From Mobula hypostoma (Eukaryota): a stretch of 64,000 nucleotides of DNA. The position numbers and the translations under genes were made by a program. The notes below the pieces were generated by a model, which was not told the origin of the DNA, did no database searches, and saw nothing but the letters and a program-made list of their open reading frames with translations. The DNA lies in the NCBI RefSeq assembly GCF_963921235.1, contig NC_086097.1:22508001-22572000 (forward strand). The letters are read 5' to 3'. Positions 25,529-38,282 of this stretch are shown here, one piece after another; within the stretch, counting starts at the first letter, position 1; every line of letters begins with the position of its first letter.

Positions 25529-26237
25529 GTATGCTATCTTTTCCTGTCTTTCTGCTTCTATTAACTTCCTTTTCTCCACCCCCCTCCCCCCCGCTGCTAG
25601 TCTGTTGAGTAGCAATGTGGCGGGTGAATTTCTGTTTCCTGCGTTAGCTATTTCAAGGCTTTCTATTACTGCAGCCTGTTTAATTTTGAATGCTGAGTGG
25701 ATGATTCCGATGGCTCTTTTGGAGCGTGACTGCATCATGAGGGTGAACACCTGATATTCAGGATGCTTTCTTAATGTGTCGCTAGCTACACTTGCAGTGA
25801 CCCCAGAGAACATTGTATATGTATGCACAGATTCATATTTTCAATGTTGCATGATTCCAAGGGACTTAATAAAAAATCCCAATAATAATTGCTGAATCGG
25901 GGCTATCAATGGGTGGAAATAATGCACATGATATTTTCACACTGGTGACCATTGATATCCAGAACTGCCTAAGCAGTTTAATTTTTGCACTTTGGTTTTG
26001 CCATTGCACGTATGTGTATATTATGTTCAGTGCTGCATCTACGTGATTTTCGTATATTTTTCAACAAATTTAGTGGATTACTGCAGATTTCTGCAATAAT
26101 TCACAGCTTTGATTTTTCTTTGTTGTGTTTGGTGTGTGATGTGTTGAAGTGTTCCTAATTTGTTATCCTTCCCCCTTCTTCATTGCCCCTCAATGATGGA
26201 TTTCATGCTTTCTTGGATCCAAACTTCATTTCTGTAG

Positions 26238-26249
26238 GTAGAAGTAAAG
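26238..26249 (+). CDS. NRXN3: Alpha-neurexin SS1 micro-exon (12 nt, phase 1-1), (G)RSK
   Basis: Acceptor cttcatttctgtag, exon GTAGAAGTAAAG, donor gtagag. GRSK is the recalled NRXN3 form (NRXN1 has GKSK). Confidence 0.85.
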
Positions 26250-28280
26250 GTAGAGTTATGTTTTTTTTATTTTCACTGCTTACAAACAAAGATGTGTTCG
26301 TTAAAAATATATTTTGTATTTAAGATTGTTGATCTGTCATTGTGGTATCGCAACTCAGCTGAAATGCGTTTCAGACTTTGGCTTGGTAATATTGACTGGA
26401 AATTGTTTTACTCACATAAGCTTCAGTTTTTCTATCTTGATGTAATTGCTAAAATAATGCATATGCTGGTTACGTGGAGAAGTACTATCTATTTTAATGT
26501 TAATGCATTTGATGTTGAATTCCATTGAGAAGATATTGTCTAGATTTTTTAGAGTTTGGTTTTTTTTTAAACAGTAAAAATCCTATGCAATGTTGAAGCA
26601 TAAGCACTTGCTTTACGTGAGCTGAACTGTGAGCTAATGCTACATTAGAGCCTTGTAGAGTCATATTCTTAAACACCTCTTTGTGTGTTATGTGGACAAG
26701 CCCCACTATTACTACAAAGCAAATGAAGAGTTGGTGAGAATTATTTTGGCTGATTTCATGGATTCAAAAACAGTCGTTGCCAATTAAATAGTGATGGATG
26801 TTAATTAAGTATATTAATCCAGCTTTTCATGCTGAACAACACAAATAAACTCCTACAAGTATATCAAAAGATTTGTGTGTAATTGTGTAAATTTAAACCT
26901 ATTACAAGGATTGGTTAGATACTCGATTGACAGAAAGAATTGACTGTTGCAGTCTGTTTTTATTTTCATGCTGTCTCCATGTACTACAAATATGAATTTA
27001 TTTGACAGAAAATTACTTCATCTCACTATAAGTAGAAAGGAAGAAAGTGAGGTAGCTAGTACCGTTTTCCCCACTATGCCATTTTATTTTCAGTCTGGTT
27101 TCAGGAATAGGTTGACAGCTTTCTGATAAACGATGTCATCGTTTGCACTTTCCACTTGCTCTCTAATTAGGTTTTTCAACATTATGTTGCAACATTCCTT
27201 TTTTTAAATATCTTAAGGAAAGATGCATGTGTTCATTGTGGGTGATGTGTCAACTTCCCTGTTAGTGCTTTCACAAATTTTAATTTTCTGTGGTATATCA
27301 AATGTTGGCTGACTTTTCATAGGATGAAAATTTAAGATCTATTTTGTGCATCAATAAAGTGAATGTAATCACATGCTGTTTTCTGAATACTCTGGTAAAG
27401 AACAATTGATGTTAGTAATACTAAACAACAGCACGTGCTACAATGTAGTGAAGAATTCAGCAGAGTGTACAGCCATGTTTTGTCCACTGGTAAACATTGT
27501 GTTCTGCTGTGATTGAATTTCTCTTCTTTGAGGAATGTGAACTTAGAACCTTAATGTTTGTAAGGATATTTGGATATATAGAACCTGTTTGTCTATCTGC
27601 TCCTTCCATGGGGATAGTTGCCATATTTCTCCAGTTAGTATAGAAAGTATGAAGATAGAAAACAGATCTAATGGTATTCATATATGAATCATACCCATAG
27701 AAATTTCCCAGTTTCACTTCAAAGCAATGAGACAGAATATCTTCATTGATATCTATTAAAACAGTAATTGGAACAGATTGATATTGTGTCACACATAGTG
27801 TTTTTGTAATGCTATGTGCAAATATTAATAATAAAACTCTTGAGCCTTTTTGTACCAATGACAGTCTATGTTCGCTTTAACTCTGTAGATGAATTGGGGG
27901 AAAACGCTATTGAGGTTTTCAAATATCTTCATCTTTTATTTATGTCACTTTGTTTATAACAGTCTTTGGAAATCTTAACTGAGCATATACTCTTGAAACA
28001 GGTGCTGTAGGCCCATTGTGTTTTCAAAAGACATTTTGCTTTGGGTCTGAAATAAGCAGGATGCTCCATTGATATGGTTAATGAAAGATTAAGAATTGTG
28101 GCAAAAGTAGTAACTAATAAAAATAACCAATTGAATATTCTATCTTCAGGAAATGTAAGACAATGAATACAATTCTTCTATTCAACTCCAATAAGACTTT
28201 GCAAAGTCAATTATCAATATGCAAATCTGTTTAAATTTACAAATGCACAGTTCTGTGTTTTTTCATTTTCCTTGGGTTGT

Positions 28281-29232
28281 ATCTGGGGATCATGGGGAGC
28301 ATAATATACTTTCTTTTTGACAACCACAGCAAGTCTGCAGATGACTGTCATGAAGAGAAATTTTCTCAGTGAATGTTGACTTGTATCTCCACGCTATCTA
28401 ATTGTGCTCTTCCACTCCCCTCACCCCTGATTTCACTTGTGCAACTTTTCGTGCACTATCAGTAGTCTCAGACGACAGGGAAGTAGCATTTTTACTTAGT
28501 CTATGCATTAGAAAGGCATTTGTATTTTGCTTGCATTTTTAGTTTTTGTTATCCATATTCATTATGTGAATCTTTATTGGAAAATTGAATTTCCCTTTCC
28601 AACCCCACTAATAATCTCCAGGGCACTCTAATATTATTCCAACAATTACCACCCTTTGGCTTTTGCAAATACCATTTATTTTTGGCTCTTTGTAGTTGGT
28701 GTCAACTGACCTTGATGTCACTTAAAATGGAAATTTACTCAAAAAAAGCTTTTGGAATTGAGTGGATTTTTTTTCTGTAAAATTTGGTACCAAAATTAAG
28801 GTCCCTGAACATGTGGTTTAAATGCTGATGAAAGACTATTAAAAAGAAACTTTAAATATCTGTAAACTGAATTTCATCCATATTTGATGTGCCAAATGCT
28901 TGATGCAGTCTAGTGTCCAAATGGGCAACTTCCAGAAAAGCCCAGTCAGATTTTTTTTTAATGAATCTTTTTTTGCCCTATTTAGACACTGTAATATGCA
29001 ACCTAAATGGTTACCAACAGCATCTAGGGATTATGGGGAGCATATTATATACTTTTCATGACAACCACAGCAACACTACAAAAGATGGTCATGGAGAGAA
29101 TTTTTTCAGTGAAAATTGATATGTATTTCCACTGTATTAAGTTGTGCGCCTACCACTCCTGTCATTCTGATTTTGCTCATGCAACCCTTCCTGCACAATC
29201 AGTAGTCTCAGGCCACTGAGAAGCAGCATTTT
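28281..29232. repeat. Diverged direct repeat pair (~210 bp; 28281-28493 and 29022-29232)
   Basis: Shared colinear blocks tggggagcat, tgacaaccacagcaa, gtcatg-agagaa, tcagtgaa, ccactcc, ctgattt, atcagtagtctcag. Confidence 0.8.
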
Positions 29233-29439
29233 AGAAAAGGCAGAGCTAACAGCAGTAATCTCTGTAGTAAAAAGCGACTAAAGTAAGCAGATACACAAGC
29301 AGAAAAGCAATCAGACAGGCACCAGTAGACCAGCGAGGACGTATGACTGGTTACGTGATGTATTGCTTGTTCCTCCTTTGGTGAGTGAAAAACCCAGGAC
29401 ATAGGATCCATGTTTTCTTCCATCAGCTTAAGTTGTTAA

Positions 29440-30096
29440 GGAGAATATGGTCGGATTATGTTCATTTCTGATCGCCTCATTGTAGGGAGGATGCCTTGGA
29501 GAGGGTGCAGAGGAAATTTAGCGTGATGCTGTCTGGATGAGAAAGCATGTCTTATAAGGAAAGGTTGAGTGAGCTCTGGCTTTTCCTTTTGGAATGAAGG
29601 AGGATGAGGTATACCTCATGGGTATGGAGGGCAATGGTCCGGGTCCAAGTCAATGGACAAAGCAGTTTAAGTAGTTCATCATGGACTAGATGGGCCAAAG
29701 AGCCTGCATCTGTGCTATAGTTTTCTGTGCCTCTATGGCTTGATATAGTGTATAAGATGATGCGAGGCATTGATAGTGCACAGCCAGGACTATTTTCCCA
29801 GGGCTGAAATGACTGTTATGAGAGGGCATCATTTTAAAGTATTGGGGGGAAAGTGGATGTCAGAGGCAGTATTTTGCACAGAGTGATGTGTGTTTGGTAC
29901 ATGCTGCTAGGGGTGGTGGTGGAGTCTGATACATTAAAGGCAGTGAAGAGACTCTTTGATAAGCACATGGGTAAAAGAGAAGTGGATGGTTTTGTAGGAC
30001 AGAAGTGTTAGATTGATCTTGCAATAGGATTAAAAAGTTCGGCACAACATTATGGGTTGAAAGGCCTATACTGTGCTGCACTGTTCTATGTTCTAT
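29440..30096 (+). mobile_element. CR1 3' fragments with tail
   Basis: ttggagagggtgcagagg.., ..ggcctatactgtgctgcactgttctatgttcta tail. Confidence 0.75.
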
Positions 30097-32494
30097 TGTT
30101 TACCAGCCCCACCCCAAATAAATAAAACTTTTGTTAGAATAAATAAAACAGAACTAAACAATAGAGTGGCAAGGGAAAGCAAGGGTGTGCAAGAGGATTT
30201 GTGTAATCATTAATTGCAAGTTGGCAGTTTGAGATCGGAGGTTTGTAGGACTGAGGATGTTACATCATTAGATTGTTGGATTGGTCGATATTAAAAATTC
30301 AACATGTCTTCCATTGACTGTTAAAATATTAGTGCAGTAATACCTGATATCAATCAATATTAGTATGTTTGTGCTTTCTGGGGGATTTTCATTTGCTCCC
30401 ACTTTGGAAGTTACAGTGCATAAGTAAGGCACATAAGATTGCTGGTACTAAGCTGGAAACAGCTGAGAAATGATTGATAGATGGAAAACAGAGTAGGAAT
30501 AAATGGCCCTTTTTTTTGTGTGGCTGATAATGACTAATAGGTGCCATGAGGATGACAATTGGACTGTTAGGAAAATTTACTTATTGGCATGAAAGATCTA
30601 ACATTTCCAAGTTTGCAGGATGGTTCTCCAAAACTGGTGCTAATTTGGCCTTCAGACCTCATTTGCATCCTGAGATAGTCATGCTCCCAAAGCTACTTCT
30701 ATCAAATCCTCCCTCCGTGTTTCATCTTACAGAATTCTGCCATCAATTTTTAAAACATCTTGAAGGCAGGAAAGTTAGTTACATATGCAAGATATAATTA
30801 TGGAATAGAAGTAGCAGCTAGTTAATTCAAAAGGCAAACAGTCTGCAAAGAAAACCCATTACATGTAACCTCCCCACAGTATTTAAACAAATACATTGTC
30901 TTTAAGAATGCATCTACCACGATGGAAGGCCGTTTAAGAGATTTATTTTGGAAATTGACAAGGCAATCTACTCTATTGACACTTGTGAAGTATTATATCT
31001 GGAATGTGAAATCCATTGATTCTTAAGGTGATTAAAAATAGTCTTTGGGTGTGGACATTTGTTTCTGTGCTGTTGTAAGTACACGGGGAAAACAGCAAAT
31101 ATTTGTGTTAATCAACCATCACTGAATTTATTAGTTTCTGAATTTCTGTTTACGGCCTGTCTTCAGGAATGGAATACTATGTAACCTGGGTATTGCCTGT
31201 ATTTTTGGAGCTTGTATGAGATCCACCTGAGGGTTAGTGGAGTCCAGACACTTGGTTTTGGACAACTCCAGGCTGTAAAGATTGTCTGCTGTATTGTAAT
31301 TCAGACTCTAACCATGTTGCACTCTTGATTTTAGCAAGACAGTCATGCTAATTATGTATTTTTGAAGAGCTGCATTTCCATCCATGCATTGCTGAAAATA
31401 GTTTGGCAATAGGTATGTGCCCTACATTGCATTTAACTGGTCTTACAGGTGAGGGAGTAAGCAACATCATCGAACAGAAATAGGAGGAAAATGGTCATCC
31501 TCTTGTTCCATGGTATCTTCATTTTTTCCTGTCACTGATGATAAAAATGTATGATCAAAAATAAAAAAAGTTTAAAGAATCAAAGATGTGCGATAGATTT
31601 TAATCATTGGTTTGTGCACTGTCCTTTATTTAAATGTCAGGTTTACTTCGTGAAGTGCAGTTAGTCTGGGGATGTGAAGGTCAATGATTGCCTCAATGTC
31701 AAAGTCATTTATCAGGAATAATGGCATTTTTCTTTCATGGCTGGTCTTACCTCTGTAAGGTACCAGCTGCTAAGGCATCCACAGTTAGCAGAGGCTGATT
31801 TTCCCCTTTGTTATTGGTAACTTAAAGAGATGTCTGAACAATCGTAAGATTTCTCATATTTTGGTAAAGTGTATCAATGAGGCAGAGTATTAGTGATCAG
31901 TTGTGTGCTCTTTTTTAAACAATATTGATATTAAGGAATGTTACCGTTGTGAAACAAACAATAGGCTTGTGGATAATGTCTGAAACACTTAATCTGATGT
32001 ACAACATTTCATAAAAAAAGATTATGTTAAAACAGTGTAATTGAAACGTTGACAGCAAAATAATAATGCCAGCATTGCTCCAGTTATCTGTCAACATTAA
32101 TTTTAAAATTGGCACTCATAAAGGCAAAATCCAATTTTCATTAAAGATGACTGCCTGTTTTAACATGTGTCTGTGTGAATATTGACATAGTAGATCATTC
32201 TGTGAAGAACAGATCTCTTGTTAATGTTGTATACCATTCTCTTTGAAATATATAGTTTGAGCTTATCCATTTTGGGCTGAGACAGGAAGAAACCTATTCA
32301 CTCCAACGGTTGTAAATATTTGGGGTTCACTGCTCTGAGGACCATAGAAACTGTCTGTGAATGTTTTTTTGAGACTCTGTGAAGTAGATTTTGGGGATGA
32401 AAGCTATGACTTTTCTGCAAACCAAATACACCTTCACAAAGGTTAGTGCATATATGTGATCTTCGGAGTAAATGAGAAAACAGTTTCGAACAAA

Positions 32495-35400
32495 GTAGTA
32501 GCTCCTGTCGTTGGGTGACAGGGGGTGGTGCGGGGAAGCAAAGGTGAGCAGACAGGTAGTGCAGAGCATCCCTGTAGCCATTCTTCTGAATAATAACTTT
32601 ACTGTCCTGGATACTTTTGGCGGGGACGACCGACTAGGTGTGAGGCATGGTGGCAGGGCCTCTGGCACTGAGTCTGACCATGTGGTGCAGAAGGGTGGGA
32701 CGGAGAAGGGGAGAGCTGTCGTCATTGGAGACTCTATAGTCAGGGGAGCAGATTTTGTGGACGTGAGAAGGACACCCGCATGGTTTGTTGCCTCCCGGGT
32801 GCCAGGGTCCGGGATGTCTCTGACCGGGTGCACGACATCCTGGTACAAGAGAGAAAGCAACCAGAAGTCGTGATGCATGTTGGTACCAACGACATAGGCA
32901 GGAAGAGGGATGAGGTCCTGAAGTGTGAGTTTCGGGAACTAGGTAGAAGGCTGAAGAACAGGACCTCAAGGGTGGTGTTCTTAGGATTGCTTCCAGTGCT
33001 ACGTGACAGTGATGGTAAGAATTGGAGGAGATGGCAGTTGAATGCATGGCTGAAGAGTTTGTGCAGGGAGCAGGGTTTTAGATTTTTGGATGATTGGGAT
33101 CTCTTCTGGGTAAGGTGGGACCTGTACAGATTGGATGGGTTGCACATAAACTCGAGGGGGAGCAATATCCTTGCAGGTAGGTTTGCTAGCATGGTTTGGG
33201 AGGGTTTAAACTAATTTGCAAGGGGGATGGGACCCGGAGCAATAAAGCAGTGAAAGAAGTGCATGGAGTAAAGCCAGATCTAACATATAGAGAGGCTTTG
33301 AGGAAAGAGAAACAGAATAAAGGGTGTAAAGGTAGTAAGGTAGAAGGGCTAAAGTGTGTGTTCTTCAATGCAAGAACCATCAGGAACAAAGGTGATGAAC
33401 TGAGAGCTTGGATACATACATGGAATTATGATGTAGTGGCCATTACAGAGACTTGGCTGGCACCAGGGCAGGAATGGATTCTCAATATTCCTGGATTTCA
33501 GTGTTTTAAAAGGGATAAAGAGGGGGGAGAAAGGGGAGGAGGGGTGGCATTACTGGTAAGGAATACTATTACAGTGCATCTACAGAAAGGGTTGGTAATG
33601 TAGCAGGATCCTCTTTTGAGTCAGTATGGGTGGAAGTCAGGAACAGGAAGGGAGAAGTTACTCTATTGGGAGTATTCTATAGGCCCCCTGGTAGCAGCAG
33701 AGATACCGAGGAGCAGATTGGGAGGCAGATTTTGGAAAGGTGCAAAAATAACAGGATTGTTATCATGGGTGACTTTAACTTCCCTAATATTGGTTGATAC
33801 CTGATTAGTTCCAAGAGTTTAGATGGGGCAGAGTTTGTTAAGTGTGTCCAGGATGGATTCCTGTCACAGTATGTTGACAGGCTGGCTAGGGGGAATGCCA
33901 TACTTGATCTAGTATTAGGTAACGAACCAGGCCAGGTCACTGAACTCTCAGTGGGTGAGCATCTAGAGAACAGTGACCACCACTCCCTGGCCTTTAGCAT
34001 TATCATGGGAAAGGATAGAATCAGAGAGGACAGGAAAATTTTTAATTGGGGAAGGGCAAATTATGAGGCTATAAGGCTAGAACTTGCGGGTGTGAATTTG
34101 GATGATGTTTTTGCAGGGAAATGTACTATGGAGATGTGGTCAATGTTTAAGGATCTCTTGCAGGATGTTAGGGATAAATTTGTCCTGGTGAGGAAGATAA
34201 GGAATGGTAGGGTGAAGGAACCATGGGTTACAAGTGAGGTGGAAAATCTAGTTAGGTGGAAGAAGGCAGCATACATGAGGTTTAGGAAGCAAGGATCAGA
34301 TGGGTCTATTGAGGAATATATGGTAGCAAGAAAGGAGCTTAAGAAAGGGCTGAGGAGAGCAAGAAGGGGGCATGAGAAGGCCTTGGCAAGTAGCAATAAG
34401 GAAAACCCCAAGGCATTCTTCAATTATGTGAAGAAAAAAAGGATGATAGGAGTGAATGTAGGACCGATTAGAGATAAAGGTGGGAAGATGTGCCTGGAGG
34501 TGGTGGAAGTGAGCAAGGTCCTCAATGAATACTTTTCTTCGGTACTCACCAATTAGAAGGAACTTGATGACATGAGGACAATATGAGTGAGGTTGATGTT
34601 CTGGAGCATGTTGATATTAAGGGAGAGGAGGTGTTGGAGTTGTTAAAACACATTAGAACAGATAACTCCCAGGGGCCTGACGGAATATTCCCCAGGCTGC
34701 TCCATGAGGCGAGGGAAGAGATTGCTAAGCCTCTGGCTAGGAACTTTGTCCTTGTTGTCCATGGGGATGGTACTGGAGGATTGGAGGGAGGCAAATGTTG
34801 TCCCCTTGTTCAAAAAAAGTAGTTGGGATAGTCTGGGTAATTATAGACCAGTGAGCCTTACGTCTGTGGTGGCAAAGCTGTTGGAAAAGTTTCTTAGAGA
34901 TAGGATCTCTGGGCATTTAGAGAATCATGGTCTGATCAGGGACAGTCAGCATGGCTTTGTGAAGGGCAGATCGTGTCTAACAAGCCTGATAGTGTTCTTT
35001 AAGGAGGTGACCAGGCATATAGATGAGGGTAGTGTAGTGGATGTGATCTACATGGATTTTAGTAAGGCATTTGACAATGTTCCACATGGTAGGCTTCTTC
35101 AGAAAGTTAGAAGGCATGGGATCCAGGGAACTTTGGCCAGGTGGATTCAGAATTGCTGTGCCTGCAGAAGGCAGAGGGTCATGGTGGAGGGAATACATTC
35201 GGATTGGAGGGTTGTGACTAGTGGGGTCCCACAAGAATCAGTTCTGGGACATCTACTTTTCGTGATTTTTATTAACGACCTGGGCGTGGGGGTAGAAGGC
35301 TGGGTTGGCAAGTTTGCAGATGATACAAAGGTTGGTGATGTTGTAGATAGTGTAGAGGATTGTTGAAGATTGCAGAGGGACATTGATAGGATGCAGAAGT

Positions 35401-36203
35401 GGGCTAAGAAGTGGCAGATGGAGTTCAACCCGGGGAAGTGTGAGGTGGTACACTTTGGAAGGCCAAACTCCAAGGCAGAGTACAAAGTAAATGGCAGGAT
35501 ACTTGGTAGTGTAGAGGAGCAGAGGGATCTGGGGGTACATGTCCACAGATCCCTGAAAGTTGTCTCACAGGTAGATAGGGTAGTTAAGAAAGCTTATGGG
35601 GTATTACGTTTCATAAGTCGAGGGATAGAGTTTAACAGTCATGATGTAATGATGCAGCTCTATAAAACTCTGGTTAGGCCACACTTGGTGTACTGTGTCC
35701 AGTCCTGGTCGCCTCATTATAGGAAGAATGTGGAAGCATTGGAAAGGGTACAGAGGAGATTTACCAGAATGCTGCCTGGTTTAGAGAGTATGCATTATGA
35801 TCAGAGATTAAGAGAGCTAGGGCTTTACTCTTTGGAGAGAAGGAGGATGAGAGGAGACATGATAGAGGTATACAAGATATTAAGAGGAATAGATCGAGTG
35901 GATAGCCAGCGCCTTTTCCCCAGGGCACCACTGCTGAATACAAGAGGACATGGCTTTAAGGTAAGGGGTGAGTAGTTCACGGGGGATATTAGAGGAAGGT
36001 TTTTTACTCAGAGAGTGGTTGGTGCGTGGAATGCACTGCCTGAGTCAGTGGTGGAGGCAGTTACACTAGTGAAATTTAAGAGACTACTAGACAGGTATAT
36101 GGAGGAATTTAAGGTGGGGGGTTATATGGGAGGCAGGGTTTAAGGGTCGGCACAACATTGTGGGCCGAAGAGCCTGTACTGTGCTGTACTATTCTATGGT
36201 CTA
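32495..36203 (+). mobile_element. Near-full-length CR1 LINE: ORF1 esterase (~32510-33214) and ORF2 APE+RT (~33196-36110), disabled by stops and frameshifts
   Basis: VVIGDSIVRG, HVGTNDIG, DGLH (SGNH); FNARTIRNK, YDVVAITETWL, SDH (APE); NYRPVSLTS, QHGF, YMDFSKAFD, SGVPQESVLG, KFADDTK (RT); tail gtgctgtactattctatggtcta. Confidence 0.95.
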
Positions 36204-37736
36204 CACAAATTAAGGATGGAAAGTGGAGTTGAGATAGATTAACTATAATATTAAATAACAGAGCAGCTATGAGAAGCCATGTATCCCACTTAAAGTTCAT
36301 ATATATATTATCAAAGTACATGTATCTCAATACATACAATCTTGAGATTCATTTTCCTGTGGACATACTGAGCAAATCTCTCGAGTAGTAACTATAACAG
36401 GATCAATGAAAGATCAACCAGAGTGCAGAAAACAACAAACTGTGCAGATGCGAATATAAATGAATAACGAATACATGAGATAAAGAGATAGAGTTCTTAA
36501 AGTGAGTTCATTGGTTGTGGGAACATCCCAGTGATGGGGCAAGTCAATGTTGTGATCCCCTTTGTTCAAGAAACTTACAGTTCTTATACAGGCAACCTCT
36601 GTATTATTTGGGGAGTGAAGTGGTTTTGATTCTAGAAAATGGTCCCTATTGTATTTTCTGCAATGAAAAGGCACACTATTTGTGCAGTGCTAAAAAAGAA
36701 TGTGAATTGAGAAAACAATAGTGCACCTGCTTATTTACTTTTCTTGCATCTATTTTGTAAGAGTGAATTACTATTCTGTATCTCAGTTTTCTTGGTAGTG
36801 ATTTGGGGGTTCTGTAAGGGCAAATTTCAATGACCCAAGCTGCCATAAGGTGAAGATCACCTGTATTGAATGCATGGTGTTTCTATCGTCCTTTGCTGCC
36901 TTCAGAACTTCCAGAACTTTGTCACACTGTTGATTATTTATATGATGCATTCAAGTCAACTAGTTCTTTATTGCTGAAAAATTTGGGATTCGGATTCAAC
37001 TGGGGTTTATTTATCATATATACATTTGAAACGTAGAGAAATGCAGCTTTTGTCTCAATAGCTGACACACCCGAGGATGAGTTGGGGGCAGCCTGCAAGT
37101 GTCACCACACATTGCAGTGCCAACATAGCATATCTACAATGTTCTGCAGAACTACACAAGCAACTAGAACTACAAAGCTGTACAATCCCTGTTTAGCTGG
37201 TATAGCTTGAGAAAATTTAATTTGAAGACATAAATTAATTCAAGGAGATTACTTTCTTCAAGCATGATTTTTACAGGGTGGGGTGTTGTAATTTGTATTT
37301 TGCAAAGTTTTGGAATGCAGGCTGACCGCAGTAAGCCTAATATTGGTTGTAGATAAATTACTAGAGGGAATTCTAAGATCTAAGATGTACATGCATTTTT
37401 AAAGCAGGGCATGATTAGGGATGGTTAACGTGACTGTCTGGGAGATCATGTCACATGAATTTGATTGAGGGGTTTTTGAATAAATAACCAAGAAGGTCGA
37501 TGAGAGCGTGGTTGTAGAGATGCCTGTATGGGCTTTGATAAAGTTCTAAATGGTAGACTGTTATGGAAGGTTAGAGTTCATGGGATTCAGGGAGAGGTAA
37601 CTATTTAAATGTACAATCAGCTTAATGATAAGAAGCACACAGTGTTGGTGGAAGGCTATTTTTTGGACTGGAGGTGCATGAATAGTGGTTAGTTAAAAGT
37701 TTAAAGTAAATTTTATTAACAAAGTACATATGTCAC

Positions 37737-38108
37737 TAGATTCGGGTAGATGGAGCTCATCAGCCTGGGAAGGCAGTCCATCTAAGAGAGGGAAAACTCT
37801 GCTTTCAAACCTCCTTGTGGCCATACCCACTCATGGGAAAGGCTTTGGGAGTAAACCCCGAGGACAAATCCGGAGCCGGAGTCCCTAAGACAGTCCGACA
37901 TTGCCTTCAACTTCATTCTGGCAACTCCTGCGACGATGCTGTATCGGTCCTTGCCCTTCCCTTGGACAACACCAGTGGCGTGGAGAGGGGAGACTTGCTG
38001 CATGGGCAACTGCCGGTCTACCATACAACCTTGCCCAGGCCTGTGCCCTGGAGAGGACTTTCCAAGCACAGATCCATGGTCTTGCGAGACTAACAGATGC
38101 CGCCACCA
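37737..38108 (+). mobile_element. Non-autonomous retroelement without tRNA head (RTE-like, inferred), TSD atatgtcac
   Basis: atatgtcac at 37728-37736 and 38109-38117; 3' half near-identical to tails of SINEs at 56737 and 59477. Confidence 0.65.
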
Positions 38109-38282
38109 ATATGTCACCAGGTAAAATGCTGACATTCATTTTCTTGTGGAAATTCTCAGCAAATCTACAGAATAGTAACAGTAACAGGAACAATGAACAA
38201 TCAACCAGAATGCAGAAGACAACAAACTGTGTAAATGCAAATATAAATAAATAGCAATAAATAATGAGAGCATACGATAACA

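Larger units (their letters stand above)
23400..29400 (+). promoter_or_regulatory. Transposon-depleted intronic island around SS1 exons with splicing-regulator motifs
   Basis: No recognisable CR1/SINE/PLE over ~6 kb, unlike the rest of the window. TGCATG (RBFOX) at 24191, 24224, 24968, 25848, 27224; ACTAAC (QKI/STAR) at 24363; TCAT cluster upstream of the 12-nt exon. Confidence 0.6.

Noticed and set aside
25493..25828. 111-aa antisense ORF over the 30-nt exon
   Set aside because: No recognisable domain or supporting splice structure; the + strand exon explains the region.
27457..27858. 133-aa - strand ORF
   Set aside because: AT-rich, no recognisable motif; likely chance.
30619..30774. Apparent exon after gtttgcag
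   Set aside because: The acceptor is part of a CR1 ISKFA(D) remnant, and the downstream donor is weak.
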